The position numbers and the translations under genes are program-made. The notes beneath the pieces are model-generated. The model was not told where the DNA came from. It worked only from the letters and a program-made list of their open reading frames with translations, and ran no database searches. Below are positions 34,323 to 45,010 of a stretch of 64,000 bases of DNA, in pieces. Source of the stretch: Carpediemonas membranifera BICM (taxonomy: Eukaryota > Protista > Fornicata); contig JAHDYR010000041.1 in NCBI GenBank assembly GCA_019828565.1, positions 101,616-165,615 on the forward strand. The letters run 5' to 3'. Position 1 is the stretch's first letter. Every line of letters starts with the position of its first letter.

Positions 34323-35513
34323 TTTCGGCACTATCAGCAAGAGAGCATAAAAAAATGGACATAGAGTGCCAAAAGTAATAAACTGAAACCATCCACACGG
34401 CAACTATGTACCTAGGCGGCCTCAGTACCTCCAATACCTTCCGTATGTGCTTTTTTGTCCGTCCCTACTTCGTCCCACGAACCAGAAAAAAGCGCAAAGA
34501 GAGGGCCCTTTGAATAATTCTATAACGGCAGCAGAGCATAAAACACGGTTCGAAAGGGCTGATTTTATGCTCTCTTGCCGTTAGTTCAAGCCGAGGCACG
34601 CTTCGGGCGAGCTCCGGCCAAGGGGTCCAGGAGTCAGCTTTTGGGGGAAGGTCTGTGGTGCTATAACGTACCTCGGGACGCACTGTGGAGGCCCCTAGAG
34701 TACTCGGTCATGACATGTCAGATCAAGGGTCCCTCAAATCTGGCCCCATTCAGGATGCACCCCCTAAATGTTCCGTTGCAAGCGTCTGACGGGCGTTCTC
34801 TGGATACCGACCAAGATGGAGGTCACATGGATCAACGGACGAGTATTGCGGTATTCTGGCCATGCCTGGTACTCTCAAATCATCTATACTGCTCAGTGCT
34901 CCATTTATAGTTCATATCGTTTCGTCCTGATGGACTTATGGTACTTGATGTTGTTTAGGGATTATTGTTGCTTTAATGATGCTCTGCGCCCGAATACTGA
35001 TGTTTCTTAGTGTTGCGTACATGCCTACTACGTTAAAGCCGCCAGTATTCTTCCTATTCGTCAGTTCGTAATTTCAGTCTCGTTGCGAGCATAAAATGCA
35101 CATTGTGAAAGGAAAGTGGGTGGTTATCTAATGGATACAGGGCAGGACAAGGTACACGAATGCCGTCCTGAGGTTTGGCATGGGATACTGATCTCATACG
35201 TCAAAAATGGGCGGTGGTATTCGAATTTCAGAATTTCGGCATGTCCGAATTCCGAGGCAAGCGGGTAGGGTGTACAAAACCTGGCCTGGGTACCTATTAG
35301 AGCGAATAGAGAATGGCAGCACCATGGATTCGGTTTTCAGAATAATAATTGCATTTGGATCGCCATTTCAGAATTACTTCCAGCACCGGAGATTATCATT
35401 AAATCTGGGAGTGTAACAACACTTTTAAAAAATGAAAGGTCCCCATTCACCCACTCAGGCCCTAGATCACGTATCTGAGCTCAGTTTGGGTCAATTCCCA
35501 ATACTTTAGAGTT

Positions 35514-36932
35514 TTGTATGGTCGAAATTCTGAAATAGCAATCCAAACTGAAGCAGCAAAAACTCATCCCATGGAGGCTGTAGCGGCAATAGACGAAGAT
35601 ATCATGAAGCGTTGGTTGAAGAATGTTCCAACCAAATCGCGTACGAACTACAACAAGCTTCTGAAAGACGTTTTGGCCAGAATTTGTCAGGAAACCGCCA
35701 CAGATATCCAGAAGGGCATCGAGATTGTCCGTAGTGACGAGCTGGTAACCCATTTGCGCCGGTACCTCGCTGAGAAGCCTCTGGGGACGCAGAAGAAGAT
35801 CGTTTCGGCTGTTCAGTCTTTCCGGAACTTCGACTTGCCACACCCCGCGAAGCCGTTGTCCTGGAAAGAGGAGAAAGAGGTGTCGCCTGCATCAGTTGAG
35901 AGTCTCCCCAGCCCGTATGGCGCCATTGCCATTCTGCTCAACCAGACGGGCTGGGAGTATTCGTATCTCCAAGGTAATCTCCCCGATGCGATAGACCTTA
36001 CCTCGTGCCCGAGCTGGATGGGCTTTGGCACGCTCAAATCGGGATTCCCGCAGGCCAGTGCTGTATCGGAGGCGCTCAAGGTTCAGGGGTTGACGGTTCG
36101 CATGCTTCGCTTTGCGCAGCGGATCGACGTGTCCACCGATAGGATGCAGTCTATCGGCACGCTAGAGCGCCGCGGCAGACCGCAGGAGAAGCCTCAGAAG
36201 GTCATTAAGGACAAGCGCATCAGCCTGACCGATGAGCAGTTCAGGCACCAGTTGGCGTCCAGTCACTTAACGACCACGCGGCGCCCAACGATCCTCGATC
36301 TCAACCCGGAGATCCGAAGCTCTGCCGACCTGGTGCCGCCGACGCTCGATGACTGGCTTTACAAAAAGCTCAGGATGAGGATGGTCCAGCTCCACGACCA
36401 GCGTAAGCCCGAGGGGGGCGACACGGGAGAGGGCGAGTCTGACGATGAGGCGCTGTTTGACGAGACAGCTGGCGAGGCAGAGATGCCGGAGACCGTGGTG
36501 GAGGGCGAGTTTGACGAGACAGCCGGGTTGGAGATGCTGGAAGGAGAGTGGGAGGATGAGGAGAGTTCAGACAGCGATGCCGAGGATAGCCTCGTCGATA
36601 ACCTGTCATTTGTTCTGTCACAACAGGTTGAGTGTGACATGTCTGAGAGAGATACCGATGAGGGTGTCCGTAGCGGGGCCAATGGAAGTGGGCTCGCTCC
36701 GCTCTATGACTCTATGAAGACCAGGGTGCCCAGCAGACGCATTCGCCTTCGCCGCTATCACGAGAGCGAGTCAGACTTGGGTAGCAGCAGCGACAGCGAG
36801 GACGGGATGCCGAAGCTGCCCGATGAGGCCTTTCAGCACATCCGTGATGCCGGAATGACAACTGTGAGGCTGACGAGGGCCGAGTATGACGACGTGATGG
36901 AGAAGAGAGAGCAGGAAAAGCATCAGAAGTAA
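35514..36932 (+). CDS. Degenerate tyrosine-recombinase-like protein with acidic C-terminus
   Basis: SRTNYNKLLK...TQKKIVSAVQSF (core-binding-like); AILLNQTGWEYSYL at the LLxxTGxRxxE box; TVRMLR at the HxLR box. Confidence 0.4.
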   Translation: MYGRNSEIAIQTEAAKTHPMEAVAAIDEDIMKRWLKNVPTKSRTNYNKLLKDVLARICQETATDIQKGIEIVRSDELVTHLRRYLAEKPLGTQKKIVSAVQSFRNFDLPHPAKPLSWKEEKEVSPASVESLPSPYGAIAILLNQTGWEYSYLQGNLPDAIDLTSCPSWMGFGTLKSGFPQASAVSEALKVQGLTVRMLRFAQRIDVSTDRMQSIGTLERRGRPQEKPQKVIKDKRISLTDEQFRHQLASSHLTTTRRPTILDLNPEIRSSADLVPPTLDDWLYKKLRMRMVQLHDQRKPEGGDTGEGESDDEALFDETAGEAEMPETVVEGEFDETAGLEMLEGEWEDEESSDSDAEDSLVDNLSFVLSQQVECDMSERDTDEGVRSGANGSGLAPLYDSMKTRVPSRRIRLRRYHESESDLGSSSDSEDGMPKLPDEAFQHIRDAGMTTVRLTRAEYDDVMEKREQEKHQK

Positions 36933-37159
36933 ATGAACGAAGTAAATAGGTCGTGGGAATGACTCAAACACTGACTAAGCCATCGAATTGGCGCAGCTGA
37001 CCCCATATTGTTGTTAAATGACCACAAAGCATTCGCTTATGCACAATTAGCTGCCAGAAAGAACACTACCGTTACTTTGGATCATTCCAGTTCGCCGGAG
37101 ATGACGCAGGTCCAGAACGCTGCCTTGGAGGGCTGGTGAAGCGGTAGTGTAGCGCTTAC

Positions 37160-37345
37160 TCACCAAGCGGGCGATGGTCTCGACGGGACGGTTGACGGTC
37201 TCAAGGTGGCCCTGCTCTTCGACGTACCAGGCGGACATGCCGATGACGGAGCGGCGCTGACCCTGGCGGACGTTATCCTCGCCCTGGGTGAAGCTGTTCT
37301 TGCCGAAGTACACGTGGATACCGATGGTGAGGCAGGGCTGTAGCA
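37160..37345 (-). pseudogene. Probable captured fragment of the start of a PIWI domain
   Basis: PCLTIGIHVYF...QRRSVIGMSAW; cf. Piwi MIVGIDVYH...RRSIAGFVAS. Confidence 0.6.
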
Positions 37346-37387
37346 TGGAGGCCGAGAAACCATAAACTGCACGGATCCACAAACGTG

Positions 37388-39557
37388 GATTGGCCTGAAC
37401 GACAGCGCTGATGCCCAGACAGGCATATATACATTCATTTATTCATCTGTGAGGTAGACAGAGACGCCCCTATCCTTTCGAGTCGATACCTTCCCAGGCA
37501 GTCGGCCGTAAAGTGCACAATTTTGCGATCGCTGTCGCAAACGAAATCCGTGGAATGATCAGTTACAGTAATATTCAGGGGATTGTTGTTCTATGCGTGC
37601 TGCACATTTAACGTTGTCTGCTCTAGAGCCACTACCAGCTTCTCCCTCCTTTGTAATCAACATCATTATTCATGCTCAGCCATATGGACGATAATACCGG
37701 GAATACAAGACGATTTAGTACTACGTGAAGCTTATAATGACATTAGCAAGCTTGTGTACACAGAAACAATTAATATCAACATCAGGAAGGCAAGAAGAAG
37801 ATTGCCTATGAGAACGCCAGGGAGAGAACGCCGTGGAAGAATAGTGGTCCAGACGTAGTGATCAGGGGTGGCGCACGGGGGAGAGTGCCATGGAGAGAGC
37901 GGCGGGGGCAGACCGATCCCCTCACTCTTTCACCGTCACGATAACAACGTCGCCCGCAACCAGTTCGACGTGACTCAGTGCAAATTCCCCCTTGACCACA
38001 TCCTGGCGCCGTTGTAGGGAGTGGTGACGTCGCCTCATTCGCGTACAACAAGGAGCGTTTATAAACCGAGCACATTGTCAACGACATCCTCCATCTCTTC
38101 ACGGCCAGTCGTTGCATGCATAGCAGCAAGTGAATACGCGACGTTTTCGTGCATGCAGACGATTCTCTGTTGTCAGCCGTAAAGTGCACAATTTTGCGAT
38201 CGCTGTCGCAAACGAAATCCGTGGAATGATCAGTTACAGTAATATTCAGGGGATTGTTGTTCTATGCGTGCTGCACATTGAACGTTGTCTGCTCTAGAGC
38301 CACTACCAGCTTCTCCCTCCTTTGTAATCAACATCATTATTCATGCTCAGCCATATGGACGATAATACCGGGAATACAAGACGATTTAGTACTACGTGAA
38401 GCTTATAATGACATTAGCAAGCTTGTGTACACAGAAACAATTAATATCAACATCAGGAAGGCAAGAAGAAGATTGCCTATGAGAACGCCAGGGAGAGAAC
38501 GCCGTGGAAGAATAGTGGTCCAGACGTAGTGATCAGGGGTGGCGCACGGGGGAGAGTGCCATGGAGAGAGCGGCGGGGGCAGACCGATCCCCTCACTCTT
38601 TCACCGTCACGATAACAACGTCGCCCGCAACCAGTTCGACGTGACTCAGTGCAAATTCCCCCTTGACCACATCCTGGCGCCGTTGTAGGGAGTGGTGACG
38701 TCGCCTCATTCGCGTACAACAAGGAGCGTTTATAAACCGAGCACATTGTCAACGACAGCCTCCATCTCTTCACGGCCAGTCGTTGCATGCATAGCAGCAA
38801 GTGAATACGCGACGTTTTCGTGCATGCAGACGATTCTCTGTTGTCAGCCGTAAAGTGCACAATTTTGCGATCGCTGTCGCAAACGAAATCCGTGGAATGA
38901 TCAGTTACAGTAATATTCAGGGGATTGTTGTTCTATGCGTGCTGCACATTGAACGTTGTCTGCTCTAGAGCCACTACCAGCTTCTCCCTCCTTTGTAATC
39001 AACATCATTATTCATGCTCAGCCATATGGACGATAATACCGGGAATACAAGACGATTTAGTACTACGTGAAGCTTATAATGACATTAGCAAGCTTGTGTA
39101 CACAGAAACAATTAATATCAACATCAGGAAGGCAAGAAGAAGATTGCCTATGAGAACGCCAGGGAGAGAACGCCGTGGAAGAATAGTGGTCCACACGTAG
39201 TGATCAGGGGTGGCGCACGGGGAGAGTGCCATGGAGAGAGCGGCGGGGGCAGACCGATCCCCTCACTCTTTCACCGTCACGATAACAACGTCGCCCGCAA
39301 CCAGTTCGACGTGACTCAGTGCAAATTCCCCCTTGACCACATCCTGGCGCCGTTGTAGGGAGTGGTGACGTCGCCTCATTCGCGTACAACAAGGAGCGTT
39401 TATAAACCGAGCACATTGTCAACGACAGCCTCCATCTCTTCACGGCCAGTCGTTGCATGCATAGCAGCAAGTGAATACGCGACGTTTTCGTGCATGCAGA
39501 CGATTCTCTGTTGTCAGCCGTAAAGTGCACAATTTTGCGATCGCTGTCGCAAACGAA
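37388..39557 (-). repeat. Three tandem 671-bp units in inverted orientation
   Basis: ORF echoes at 37583, 38254, 38925; 37388-37910 is the inverse of 31893-32412. Confidence 0.9.
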
Positions 39558-41153
39558 ATGAGCAGCGCTAGTTCATATGAGTACACCAAGGACCTATTTA
39601 TAGCGTCTTTCCGGCTCTGTTTCCATAGAACACTGACAATCCCCGGGGATATACCCTCAATCCTCAAACTCGCCTTTTTCAACCACTTCGACGAAGAAAT
39701 GCCCTCGAGTGTGGCTTTTGAGATCCCCAACAGAGCAAGTGTTGATGTTGTCCAAATTAGCTTTGCAGAGCGCCAAATGATGGAAGCCATACTGTCAATG
39801 ATTCCCCCTCTCAAACCATCCGCGCAAGCCCTCCTCGACTGCGCCCGCTCCATCCTCACAGACGGCCCCCCGCTTTCCATGAACATCCCATTGGCTCCAG
39901 GTCAGGAGCTCCCCGTTGCCCTTCACACGCTCAACCAGGGCACGTTGTGGGCGTGTCTGATGGGTGCTGGGGCCAACCCAGACCTCGAGGACATGGTTCT
40001 GAGGCGGTGTCAGAGCCAAGGCCCAGGCGAAATCGAGATGCACAGCAAGATCCGCCGCATTTTCACTCCAGACGACAAGTGCCTCTGGTTCCTCTGCCGC
40101 AAGTTCCACTTCTCGCTGAACGTCGCCGAGAAGGACGGTGAGAGCTTTCAGTGCAATGCGTACGATAGATGCTACCACCACCGCATGTACATGGGCCGAC
40201 TCTTCATGCTCGACACTGAGCACCACGCCGCCCTCACCAGGGCCAGAATGCCCAGGGCCCTCAAGGTTTTCAGCGATGATTCCACCCAGATCGCCAAGAC
40301 GCCCAAGGGCCTGTGGGCCTGGGGCAAATGCCATCGGAATGACAAATCCAGGTTCTCTGCCCCGTTCCGCCTCACCTTCCCCGAATGCCCCAGAGTATCC
40401 CACCTCGAGGCCAGCCTGCCCCCCTGGGAGAAGCACAGGATGGTGGTCGATGTATCACTATGGGCAATAGAGGCCTTTATACTCACCCCTGTCGGCACTA
40501 TCGAATCAAGAGGGCCTGGGAACGTCTTCAAAGAGGTCGCTTTGCCGACAGGATTTGTTCCTGATCACATCCTACATGGATTTAAGACAACTATCCTCTC
40601 CATGGGCGATCGTCAAATGATAAGCGGTTGGAACGGCTGTGGACGGTTGGGTCTTGGGCACAAGAAGAAGCTTTCTGGCTTCATTGACCTTCCCCATCCG
40701 GTGGAACAGATCATATTTTGCGATTATAACAACTTTAGCATCTTCGAGAGTGACAACCGATTGCTATTTGCTGGCAGAGTTCCTGAATACCTTGAATCGT
40801 TTGTTGATTTGTATGAGGGCGAGAAATGCGTCACACCAACCCATATAGAGCTGCCATATCTGCGGACGAAAGGATTCTTCGCCGGGGAGGCGTGGGTCAT
40901 CTGGGTCACTGAAGGCAAGAGTTATGTCTCGTGCAATTTTGGTGGCTTAGACAAGTTTTATGTCCCCTTTGAGGCCAGATATGCTTCCATAGATGGCGAT
41001 CTAGTCGAGAAACCTGCTGATGGCTGCAAATTCTGCAATTCAGCCGGTCAATGGCTCGAAGTAGTGCGCGTGGCTTCCTTCGTGGCCGAGATGCGTGAGT
41101 GTGAGTCGCCCAGAGGTGTTGAAGTTGACACGATCGATAATGTAAAGACGTAA
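39558..41153 (+). CDS. Divergent RCC1-like beta-propeller protein
   Basis: KGLWAWG, GWNGCGRLGLG; homolog of 56786-58319. Confidence 0.6.
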   Translation: MSSASSYEYTKDLFIASFRLCFHRTLTIPGDIPSILKLAFFNHFDEEMPSSVAFEIPNRASVDVVQISFAERQMMEAILSMIPPLKPSAQALLDCARSILTDGPPLSMNIPLAPGQELPVALHTLNQGTLWACLMGAGANPDLEDMVLRRCQSQGPGEIEMHSKIRRIFTPDDKCLWFLCRKFHFSLNVAEKDGESFQCNAYDRCYHHRMYMGRLFMLDTEHHAALTRARMPRALKVFSDDSTQIAKTPKGLWAWGKCHRNDKSRFSAPFRLTFPECPRVSHLEASLPPWEKHRMVVDVSLWAIEAFILTPVGTIESRGPGNVFKEVALPTGFVPDHILHGFKTTILSMGDRQMISGWNGCGRLGLGHKKKLSGFIDLPHPVEQIIFCDYNNFSIFESDNRLLFAGRVPEYLESFVDLYEGEKCVTPTHIELPYLRTKGFFAGEAWVIWVTEGKSYVSCNFGGLDKFYVPFEARYASIDGDLVEKPADGCKFCNSAGQWLEVVRVASFVAEMRECESPRGVEVDTIDNVKT

Positions 41154-41167
41154 AGCTAAGTATTTCT

Positions 41168-43909
41168 GTGATGACGAATTCTCTGATAACGTGGGTTCTC
41201 GGGAATCTTGTCGTCTCATTCCCGCCTGATACGACCGGTGACCACATATGTTGCGCCATATACTCGCATCTCTTCTCCTCTCGTCTCCCAGGCTTCAATA
41301 AGAGAAAGATACACGAAGAAAACGTATTCCAGCACGCCATCCGGGAATTGGGCAGCATGAGGAACGATATAAGCCAATGTTTCACCAGCAACGTGAAGAA
41401 CGATTGGAAGCGTGCAGTCCAAAGGATGACTTCTTCCAACCTTGTCACAGTTCATCCAGTCAACGACGAAGTTGAACGTTTGCGTGCCCGCGTTCAGGAG
41501 CTAGAGAAGCAATTGCGTGACACGACCTGCTTGCTGGACATGATGAGCTCGCTGAACGCCATTCTGTCCGGCAAGAACAACGACACGGCATTCCACTCGA
41601 TGTTCAACAGCTTTGCGAGTCGGCTGGGACTAGACACGATAGGAAGGACTCAGAAGCGCCGGGAGCCGATTGCCGGGCTGGACATGAGCATACTCAATAT
41701 CCCAGGCCTTCGCGAGGCACTGTCGGAGGAGGAGGTGGCCGATCTGTCTTGCTTCATTCCCGTGGAGTATGCCATCCAAGAGGCTGGCGTCACAGTCACA
41801 GCTGACAGCTCCAGGCTGACTGTCCCTATCGGTCAGACCGTCAATTTCATTGGTTCGCAGGAGCTCATTGACGCAACCGTGGAACGTCTGCAGCTCACCC
41901 CGACTGACGCTGTCCGCTTTGGCCAGACAACCAAGCTACTATATGCAGACGCGATAGATGCGAAACAGGCACGTGATACTGTCCGGGCCGACAGGATTCA
42001 TAGACGGCAGGGACTTCGCTCTACAATTATTTCCCCCAACCCCTGGGATTTTGTTAGTTCGGTTTTCTTTGACTGTGAGGCCATATGCACCTCGGTCCTT
42101 CTTCGTCCGATGGCATTTGTTGCCGATAAGCCTGCTCGGAAGACATGTCTGGAGGTATGCGCAAAGGACGACGAAGTTGAGGCTGGCAGGGTCTTCAACC
42201 TTGAGTTGTGCCTGTGGGTTGACGGCTGGAAGCATGGAACTACTGCAGTTAAGTTCAGGCTTGGTGACAAGGAGGGCATTGCCATTCCTGGGAAGTTGAC
42301 CCGGGTCTTCACACTCTTGGAGTTCATCGGCCACGAGGACCAAATTCCATCTTTGTACCCCCGTATTGCTGCGGAGATCAGTAACTTGGTTAACCTCCAC
42401 TTCTGTGTCCGGCAGACTGGCGCTATTGCCCAAATTTGCCGCGTCCATACCCTGGCCGACAACAAGGCTCTCCAAGTTCTGCTCGGAACCATGCGCGGCG
42501 GCAAGAACAGGTGTGTGTTTTCTGTTCTCAGTGATTCAGAGTTCATTTCCAACCCGTATGGATTCAGTACCATACGCGATCGTATCGCCGCTGCCAACCC
42601 ACAGTACAAGGTCATCTCTGTGCAGTTATCCGACCTACTCCTCCGCCGACAGATGTACTACGCGGCACAAAAGCAAGAGATTGATCATCTGAGCAGTACA
42701 CTGGGCCCAGGCAGACGAGTGAGGATCAAAGAGAAGGATCGGATCACCTTGGATCTTCAACACCGGTACGGTAAGTACAAGTGGGATGAGAATCAGTTCA
42801 TCCCTCTGTTCCAGGACAGCCCTGCTCTTGCCGAGTTGACAACAGTCGCCCCGCCGCTGATGCACACCAGCCATGAGCTCCTTGAGCAAGTCGCGTGTCT
42901 GGTTAAGATGTTTCCACAACCACCACGCAACCCAGAACTCTCTTTCTGGCGTCAGCAGAGCGGCAATACTGAGTTCGTCAGAACAGTTGGCTGCAACGAG
43001 CAAGAGAGAGCTCGTGCAAGACTGGCAGTCCTGGCTACCTCACATATCACGTGTGTGCCAGAGTGTGTGAGAGAGCTTTTCCGTGTCATCGCTCACCTCC
43101 AGCATCTTTACTACTCGATGGAGGACCCGACCCCTGAGCTGATCCGCTGGCATTGGGTCGCCGCCGCAGTCATACACGCGTTCCACACCGCAATGAGCAT
43201 CTGCCCTGATGGCTCATACCGCACCAAGACCAAGAGTGCGGAAATGAAGAAGCCTTGTGTCATAACCCTTAAGATGCACGCTGCCGTTGCAGTCATTCCG
43301 TTGATCCATCAGGAGACTATGCTCCCTCTGACGTTCATGCTGGAGGAACATTTTGAGCGATCATTCCTGCCCAACATGGAGATGAAGCAACGCGCTCAGA
43401 GAGCTCGAATTCTGCATCTCGTCAGTCTGATGTCCCAGGCGAAGTACATCAAGCGTGCGTTGCTGAGGACTGAGTCCGCTGGCAGGAGACAGCACAGCAT
43501 TCCGGCGCTGGGAACACTTGTTGCCATGCATGTACATGAGTGCGTGAAGAGTGCCCAGATGTGGAAGAAGGTGCGCGGAATGAGTGTGGATCCATTGGAG
43601 AACGCAGGTCTAGACCAGCTGAAACGTGATCTCACCACGTTCTGGCGAACATTCGACTCGAGAATGGCACAGGATGTGATGACATGCCAGGTAGTCTGGG
43701 ACGATGGTATGCTGCACTGCCAGTTACCAAAGCGCACGGAACCGCGTAATCCCGTGGAAATCACGGTATGTATATGCGAACATTTGGGAGCTGGTCACGA
43801 TTCGTCTGATGACGAGGCTTATCGCCCAGGGAAGTCGAGGAAGAGTGCCAAGAAACGGAAACAGCCTACTATTCCGTCATTTGGTGGGTTCCAGCCAGAC
43901 AATGAGTAA
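41168..43909 (+). CDS. Chapaev/Transib/RAG1-like DDE transposase of C (913 aa, intact)
   Basis: LWVDGW (D at 42221), TLADNKAL..LLG...RC (D at 42458), PPLMH, TLKMH...LPLTFMLEEHFE (E at ~43355); cf. Transib HKxLxH...LPIGxLSEEAxE. Confidence 0.8.
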   Translation: MMTNSLITWVLGNLVVSFPPDTTGDHICCAIYSHLFSSRLPGFNKRKIHEENVFQHAIRELGSMRNDISQCFTSNVKNDWKRAVQRMTSSNLVTVHPVNDEVERLRARVQELEKQLRDTTCLLDMMSSLNAILSGKNNDTAFHSMFNSFASRLGLDTIGRTQKRREPIAGLDMSILNIPGLREALSEEEVADLSCFIPVEYAIQEAGVTVTADSSRLTVPIGQTVNFIGSQELIDATVERLQLTPTDAVRFGQTTKLLYADAIDAKQARDTVRADRIHRRQGLRSTIISPNPWDFVSSVFFDCEAICTSVLLRPMAFVADKPARKTCLEVCAKDDEVEAGRVFNLELCLWVDGWKHGTTAVKFRLGDKEGIAIPGKLTRVFTLLEFIGHEDQIPSLYPRIAAEISNLVNLHFCVRQTGAIAQICRVHTLADNKALQVLLGTMRGGKNRCVFSVLSDSEFISNPYGFSTIRDRIAAANPQYKVISVQLSDLLLRRQMYYAAQKQEIDHLSSTLGPGRRVRIKEKDRITLDLQHRYGKYKWDENQFIPLFQDSPALAELTTVAPPLMHTSHELLEQVACLVKMFPQPPRNPELSFWRQQSGNTEFVRTVGCNEQERARARLAVLATSHITCVPECVRELFRVIAHLQHLYYSMEDPTPELIRWHWVAAAVIHAFHTAMSICPDGSYRTKTKSAEMKKPCVITLKMHAAVAVIPLIHQETMLPLTFMLEEHFERSFLPNMEMKQRAQRARILHLVSLMSQAKYIKRALLRTESAGRRQHSIPALGTLVAMHVHECVKSAQMWKKVRGMSVDPLENAGLDQLKRDLTTFWRTFDSRMAQDVMTCQVVWDDGMLHCQLPKRTEPRNPVEITVCICEHLGAGHDSSDDEAYRPGKSRKSAKKRKQPTIPSFGGFQPDNE

Positions 43910-44339
43910 GTTTGAAGAATATAAAGAAGGATTTATGGCGAGACACCCGTTTATGAATTTACTCGATTGTATGTAATATGATACAGTTCCACGCTTCAGC
44001 CGACGGAAGGCTCCTTTATCGGGACCTTTCGTAAATCCGAAGAAAGAAGTGCGCAATTCGGACAAGATGGATCAATATGAAGAAAGAAGTGATAGCTCAA
44101 AGCTGATCAGCCACAAACTGGCGTTTAACGTTTGTGATCGCGAGATTTCGGCCTGCATGCGCGTTGTTTCCAAGTGTTTGTCCATTCAAGATGTCGCTGC
44201 CGAGGTTAACCACATTAATGAGAATCTTTACCTCGATTCACGCATACCGAAAGAGCTGAACGCAATTGTGCGTTCTTCTCGCATCATTGAAGAAGCTGTG
44301 ATTGCATTCGCCACAAACAGCATAGTTCGCGGTCAGTAA
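43902..44339 (+). CDS. Possible small spliced hypothetical gene downstream of the transposase
   Basis: ORF 44049-44339 extends upstream if a short GT-AG intron ending at 43999 is removed; no homolog seen. Confidence 0.3.
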
Positions 44340-44942
44340 CCACTGATGGCGCGAATCTTGATGCACATTGGCTTCTTAGTGCCTGCGTGGATGTTTGATG
44401 TTGTTTTCGTTTCTTTTCGCGAGGTTCGAAGACTCTTTGTATTCATTTTCATCGTCTTTGGAAATAAATCGACTGAATCTTTCTCGAGTCATTCATTGAA
44501 TTGCTTGGAATAGGTTTAATTTAAATGGAAATGGATGTGCTAGTCCTCCTCTACGCCTGAATGCGGACACGGCGCATACTGTCTTTTTCGAAATATCCAA
44601 AGTGAGTGCAAATAAAAATAAATAAAGTTGTACCCTCAGGATACTTCTATAGTTAGGTACTACTCATGGGAGAAGTTTCCTCTCTTTCTGAACTTCCTAC
44701 AGAGCAGCAGCCTCAATTCTCGCAAAAACCAGTGAATCTTTTTAATATCTCGCGATTGTACGTTGGAATATTCCCATAGATCTAGCTCGTGTCCTTATTT
44801 GCCTTGAACTAACCTTTACTAGATCTATAGAAATATTCCTACGCTCAATCTTGAGATTGGAAGAAGATTTGGTCGAAAAATGGGCAAAAATGGGTACCAT
44901 ACCCACCTCTTGACCGAATTTTAATGAATTTTTTAAAGATAC

Positions 44943-45010
44943 TGGGTACCTTACCCATGGGTAAGGTACCCATTCGAGGTGGGTACCTCACCCCCCCCGG
45001 AGACAGTATG
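44943..45010 (-). repeat. Right TIR of C
   Basis: Reverse complement of 20571-20639, with the G-run one base shorter. Confidence 0.95.

Larger units (their letters stand above)
20571..45010. mobile_element. Giant DNA transposon C (24,440 bp) nested in B
   Basis: ~69-bp TIRs 20571-20639 and 44943-45010. 2-bp TSD GG: gcggcggtGG | GGatcatgcc versus the empty site ggcatgatccaccgccgc (revcomp) at 50130-50147 in D. Confidence 0.92.

Noticed and set aside
37506-39557. CRISPR-like array
   Set aside because: Units are 671 bp and near-identical, with no short repeat-unique spacer structure and no cas genes.
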